Assembly: GCA_014905635.1 (NCBI GenBank)
Contig: JABVCE010000025.1
Span: 310,001 to 374,000 of the forward strand
From: Scenedesmus sp. PABB004
Taxonomy: Eukaryota
Direction of reading: 5' to 3'
Length of the DNA stretch: 64,000 bases
Each line of letters opens with the position of its first letter. The stretch's first letter is position 1. Positions 59,543-64,000 of this stretch are shown piece by piece. The notes beneath the pieces were generated by a model that was not told the DNA's origin, made no database searches, and saw only the letters and a list, made by a program, of their open reading frames with translations. The translations under genes were made by a program, and so were the position numbers.

Positions 59543-60842
59543 TCACTTCGGCAGGCCGAGCAGGCGCGGCGTGTAGGCGGCGCCGTCGCCGCTGCGCCCC
59601 GGCAGCAGGTCGTCCGGCGCGGGCACGCCCGTGGCGGCGCTGATGCGGCGCTCCACCTGGCGCGCCTGGCGCGCGAGCGTGTCGCCCTGCGCGTCGCAGC
59701 CCGGCACGAGCAGGCCGGTGACCTCGGAGACGAACACCGGCGCGCAGGCGCCCGCCGGCAGCACGACGTTGCCGACCATGGTGCGCGACGCGCACGCCTT
59801 GGCCACGCACGTGACGCCCGCGCCGGGCGGGCAGGCGTTGCCCTTGCAGGGGTCGCGCGCGCACTTGGAGGGCCCCGGGCGCGCGGCGCCTGCGCGCGCG
59901 GCGGGCGCGGCGGCGGGCGCGGCGGCGGGCGCGCGGTCGCGCACGCAGCGCCGGGCGCGCGGCTGCCGCGGCCCACGCCGCCAGCTCGAGCTGCCGGCGC
60001 GCGCGTCGCCGCACCCAGGCACTGCTTGCCCAGCAGGCCGGCGAGGCCGGGCCCGTCGGCGTCGGTCCGCTGCGACGGCCAGGCCGGGTACGGCACGCAC
60101 GCGCGGCCCAGGTTGAGGTGCGGCTTGATCGAGTCGCCGACCGCAGCATGCTGCAGCACATACGCGCCGTCGCACGCGGCCGCGGGCTTGGCGGACAGCA
60201 GCATCATGTACCTGCGCGTGCGCGCGCAGCGACGGTTCAGGCGGCACGGCGGCGGCAGGACACTAGTGCCGCGTGCAGTGCCGCCAGCGCGCGCCGCGCG
60301 CACTTGAAGCCCACTGTGATGACGCACGGCGGCGCCGCGCCGGGCGCGCGCTGCGGCGGCGGCGGGGTCTTGACCGCGATGACGCAGCGCCCGAGCACGT
60401 CGACCGCCCCGCCGCCGCCGGGCGCGCCGGGGTCGTCGGCGTTCTGGCGGCACGCGACCGCGCCCTTGTGCACGCACGCCACGGCGACGAGCAGCAGCGT
60501 CGGCGCCGCGTCGCTGCTCCCGGGGGCATCGGCGGCGCTGAAGCTGGCGTCGAGGGTGCCGTTGCTGGCGCAGGTCAGCTCGCCCGCGCCGGCGGCGACG
60601 ACGATGCCCGTGAGAACAACGGCAGACTCCTCCGCAAGCCGCTTGGAGAGGGAGGAGGGCGTGCCGGGCGCCGCGCAATCGTTCAAAGCGGCGCCGGCGT
60701 CCGGGGCGGCGCCGGCGTCCGGGGCGGCGCCGGAGTTGGCGATGCCAGGCACGGGATCGCCAGCGCCGTCGTCGGCGGCCGCGCTTCGGCCGGCGGCGAG
60801 CACGAGCAGCGCGAGCAGCGTGGCGCGGCGGGTGCGCGGCAT
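59543..60842 (-). CDS. Secreted cysteine-rich protein, possibly with an NtA/TIMP-like OB-fold domain
   Basis: Signal peptide MPRTRRATLLALLVLAAG; C..SLSKRLAEESAVVLTGIV...VAVACVHKG...CVITVGFK|YMMLL; C-terminal CARDPCKGNACPPGAGVTCVAKAC..CAPVF. Three exons. Confidence 0.7.
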
Positions 60843-61280
60843 GGCGGCGGCGAGGCTCGTGCTGGAAGGGGGGTGGAGGGAGTGGCGCCGCGACCGGCGG
60901 CGCTGGCTTAAGTAGCCAGGCCACGGCGCGAGCGCTGCGCCGGAACCACGCCTCGGACGCGCGACGCGCGGAGCTGCGCAGCCGCGTCCCAGCGCACCGC
61001 TGCGAAGCTGCCACACCTGAGAGCGGGAGCTGAGGCGCCAACTGGAGAGGCGGGCTCGCGCAGCCGACGACGCGGCCGGGCCGCCTGGGGCGCTGCGTGC
61101 TGCACCCCGCTGGGCGCTGCGCCGCCGCGCCGCCGCGGCCGCACGTCGATCCGGCGCGACGTCGCGCCTGCCCGACTCCGATCGCACCGCTGGGAGCGCC
61201 GCCGCAGCCGGATCGCGTCGAGCGAGCGCAGGGCGCTGCTGCTGCCGGGATACCTTCGCGTCGCCCCGCGCCACGCCCGC

Positions 61281-61956
61281 ATGAGCGCGCTGCTGGCCGC
61301 CCGGCTGAGCCCCGCAGCCGGAGCAGCCCGGCGCCCAGCGCCAGCGGCGGCGCGGCCCCTGCACGCGCCGGCGGGCATGCGGGCGCAGCAGCAGCAGCGG
61401 CCGGCGCGCGGCGCGGCGCTGCGCGCGGCGGCCTCCGGCGACGGGCACGCGGGGCACGCCAAGCTGCACGACTTCTGCATGACCATCCCGTACGGCGGCC
61501 TCGCCCTGCTCAGCGGCGTGCTGGCGATGGCGCTGAAGGCGAGCGGCGTGGGGCTGCTGCTGCTCGGCGCGGGCGCGCTCATCTCGGCCGCCTCCGTGCT
61601 CAGCCTGCGCTCCTGGAAGGGCGGCGGCGGCTCGGCGCCCTACACGCTCGCGTGCGCGGGTGCGTCGCTGTCGAGCGCGCGCGCGCACGCGGCGGCGCCT
61701 GCCCGCGGCGGCGGGCGAGGCGGGCTGGCGGGTGGCGCGCGCGGCCCCGCCCAACCGCCAAACCAAACCGCCGCGCCAACCCCCGCCAGGCACGGCGGGC
61801 TGGGTCGCGCACCAGATGTGGCTGCGCGTGTCGGCGAGCGTCGCGCCGGTGCCGTCGGGCATCCTGCTCGCGCTCTCGGCGGCGCTCGCCGCGTTCTGCG
61901 TCTACAACGTCGCCGCCGGCGGCAACCCGCCGCCCGCGCGCAAGCCCGCCGCGTGA
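61281..61956 (+). CDS. FAX1: Chloroplast fatty acid export protein, TMEM14 family
   Basis: Transit peptide, AKLHDFCMTIPYGG, four TM helices and a terminal YNVAAGGNPPP; one intron at about 61660-61789. Confidence 0.9.
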
Positions 61957-62083
61957 GCGCGCTGCGGCGGGGGGGAACCCCATGCTCGCGAGCCGCGCAG
62001 CTGCGACACGCTGCGCGGGGGCGACAGACAACCGTGTGTTACAGTGAGCCTCCTCCAACCGTGCGGCGCGCGCAGCTCGGGCG

Positions 62084-63342
62084 TCAGGCCGGCGGCTCCA
62101 GCGGCCGCCGCTCCTTGGCCAGGATCAGGGTGATTGGCAGCACCACCGTCAGCGTCGCGGAGGCGTCGCTCTGCGCGGCGGCGGCGGCGGCGGCGGCGGC
62201 GTGGGCGCAAGCCGGCCCGGACAGCCGCGCCGAGCGCGAGCGGCTGGCAGCGGCCCGCCGACGCGGCGCCGTCGCCGCGCCGCCGCACCGCGCCCAGCGC
62301 GTCCATCAGCTGCTGCCGGACCGCGATGAGCGGGTCGGGCTGCTCCGGGTGGCGCTGCAGGAACGTCGCGTGCGCGGACCAGCTGCGAAGGTAGCCCACC
62401 TGCGAGCGGCCGGCCGCGCGCACGTGCGCGGCGACTGAGCGCGCCGCGCCGCGCGCCCCGCCCCGCCGCTCGCGCGGGCCGCGCGCCCCTGCGGCCCCGG
62501 CGGCCGCGCCACGCGCCAGCTCGTCGACGCTCTGCACGCGGCTCGACTCGAGCTCGCGCCGCGCGACGACGCCAAAGTCGCTCGGCGCCGGCTCAATCCC
62601 CCGGTACGCGCGCTCCACGTGCGCCCGCTCCGGCGCCCAGCAGCCCGCCAGCGTGTCGCCGTAGAAGCGCAGCAGCACCTCCTGCACGCGGCGCGCCGCG
62701 GCCCGAGCCTCGGCGCGGCGCACGGGCGCTGCGGCGGCGGGCGCGCCCGCGGGCCGAGCCTCGGCGCGGCGCGCGGGCGCTGCGGCGGCGAGCGGGGCGC
62801 CGCGCGCCTGCGCGGGGTGCTGCCGGTGGATCAGGATCGGCAGCCCATACGTCCACGCCGCCAGCACGCCGTCGGGCTTGAGCACGCGCCGCGCCTCGCG
62901 ATAGAAGCGGGGCGGGTCAAACCTGCGGCGCGGCAGGTTGGCGGGGCGCGCGCGCCGTGCCGCGCCCCGTGCCCCGCCCTGCCGCCGGCGCTGCATGCGC
63001 GCCGCACCAGTGCAGCGCCTGCGCGACGGTCACGAGGTCGGCGCAGGCGTCGGGCAGGCCGGTCGCGTGGGCGTCGCCGACCGCGTACTCGACGTTGCCG
63101 CGCGCGCCGCGATCCGCGCGCGCGAGCTGCGCGGCGCTGCCGTCGAGGCCGACCACGCGCTCGTACGCGTCCGCCAGCGCGACCGTGGCCTGGCCCGAGC
63201 CGCAGGCCACGTCCACGGCCAGCGCACGCGGCGCGCCGGCGCCGGCAAACTCGGCGATCGCGTCGTACAGCGCCGGCGGGTAGGCCGGGCGGTGCGCGGC
63301 GTAGCTCGCCGCCTGCTGCGCGTCGGCGAAGAGCTGCGCCAT
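62084..63342 (-). CDS. Class I SAM-dependent methyltransferase (Methyltransf_11, embryo-abundant-protein-like)
   Basis: QAASYAAHRPAYP, LAVDVACGSGQAT, VVGLDGSAAQL, ADLVTVAQALHW|F, FYREARRVLKPDGVLAAWTY and GYLRSWSA. Confidence 0.9.
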
Positions 63343-63363
63343 GGCGCAGCGGCGCGGACGCCC

Positions 63364-63480
63364 GGGCAGCGGGCTGCTGGTGCGCTGGTGGGCAGCGGCA
63401 GCGCGGGCTGCTGCTGCGCTGGTGGGCAGCGGCGCGGGCTGCTGGTGCGCTGGTGGGCAGCGGCGGCGCGCTGCTGCGCT
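63364..63480. repeat. Tandem repeat (~33-36-bp unit containing TGCGCTGGTGGGCAGCGGC, about 3 copies) just upstream of the methyltransferase start
   Basis: Visible tandem units. Confidence 0.75.
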
Positions 63481-63719
63481 GCTGCGGGCTGCGGCGGCGC
63501 CGGCGGGCGCTGCTGCGGCGCCGGCGGGCGGCTGCGGCTGGCGGTCGCCTCCCAGCGAGAGCACGGGGCGTGTGAGCGTGAATGACGGGCTCTGGGGCGC
63601 GGACGGGCTGCGTTCTCCGGTTTTGCACTGGCGTCACTCGTCACGCGCGCTGCTTCGCAAGGGCTTTGGGCGCTCCTCACTCTCGCGCGCCGCCTCCTCC
63701 GCCTGGCCTTGGGTGCTCC

Positions 63720-64000
63720 TCACTCGCGCGCGCCGCCGCCGCCGCCGCCACCGACCGCGTCCCAGATGTCGCGCCAGGCGTTGGTGTCGAGCGTGGCCTC
63801 GCCGTGAATGGCGACCGCGCGGCGCAGCACTGCGGCGGGCGCCGGCCGCGCGCGTGAGCGCACGCGCGCGCGCGCCGCCTCAGCCGCAGCCGCGCCTCAC
63901 CGGACGCCGTCAGCGCCGCCCAGTCGGGTGCTGCCAGCGGGTGCGGGTGGCCGGCGGCGGCGCCCGCCAGCGGGTCCTGCACGCCCGGCTCCAGCCCCGC
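63720..64000 (-). CDS. 3' end of an unidentified gene continuing beyond the window
   Basis: Exon-like ...APDWAALTASG, a short intron, then VLRRAVAIHGEATLDTNAWRDIWDAV...* ending at TGA 63720-63722. Confidence 0.5.

Noticed and set aside
1..64000. Hundreds of long overlapping Arg/Ala/Pro/Gly-rich ORFs on both strands (e.g. 38107-41787, 40599-43259, 21340-23949, 30617-33079)
   Set aside because: Stop codons are rare at this GC content. These ORFs are shadow frames or intron read-throughs of the spliced genes and show no independent motifs.

Overview
Gene-dense eukaryotic nuclear DNA with extremely high GC (roughly 80% by eye). Short GC-rich spliceosomal introns and TGTAA-type poly(A) signals point to a chlorophyte green alga; it looks Selenastraceae-like (Raphidocelis/Monoraphidium type), which is inference. 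Most long ORFs in the supplied track are GC artefacts, so gene models here were rebuilt by hand from exons, and their boundaries are approximate. About 25 genes are supportable. The 1-43 kb region is mostly housekeeping: NDC1-type NAD(P)H dehydrogenase, a receptor-like TKL kinase, DXO/RAI1, ABCB28-like transporter, a kelch protein, mitochondrial ACP, COG1, SRP9, BAP31, F-box/LysM, NEF1-like, a possible FANCB-like protein, GILT and TBC1D19-like. The 61-64 kb region holds FAX1 and a SAM methyltransferase. The most interesting part is 43.6-60.8 kb. It is a cluster of four paralogous secreted-protein genes carrying about 15 copies of a ~40-aa Trp/Cys module (W-x-x-A-P-x-C...D-x-x-G-R-L-W-G-W...S-C-A-F-K) that resembles CBM10/fungal dockerin. 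The modules are separated by Ser/Pro-rich linkers and recurrent R-x-L-L/R-R-L-A motifs that may be protease sites. The cluster shows recent rearrangement: a ~600-bp inverted repeat shares one 3' UTR between two genes, a ~760-bp direct repeat shares a 5' half, one paralogue is 3'-truncated, and another carries a compensated double frameshift. GC-AG introns are unusually frequent across the window. No rRNA, tRNA, CRISPR array or transposase was seen.
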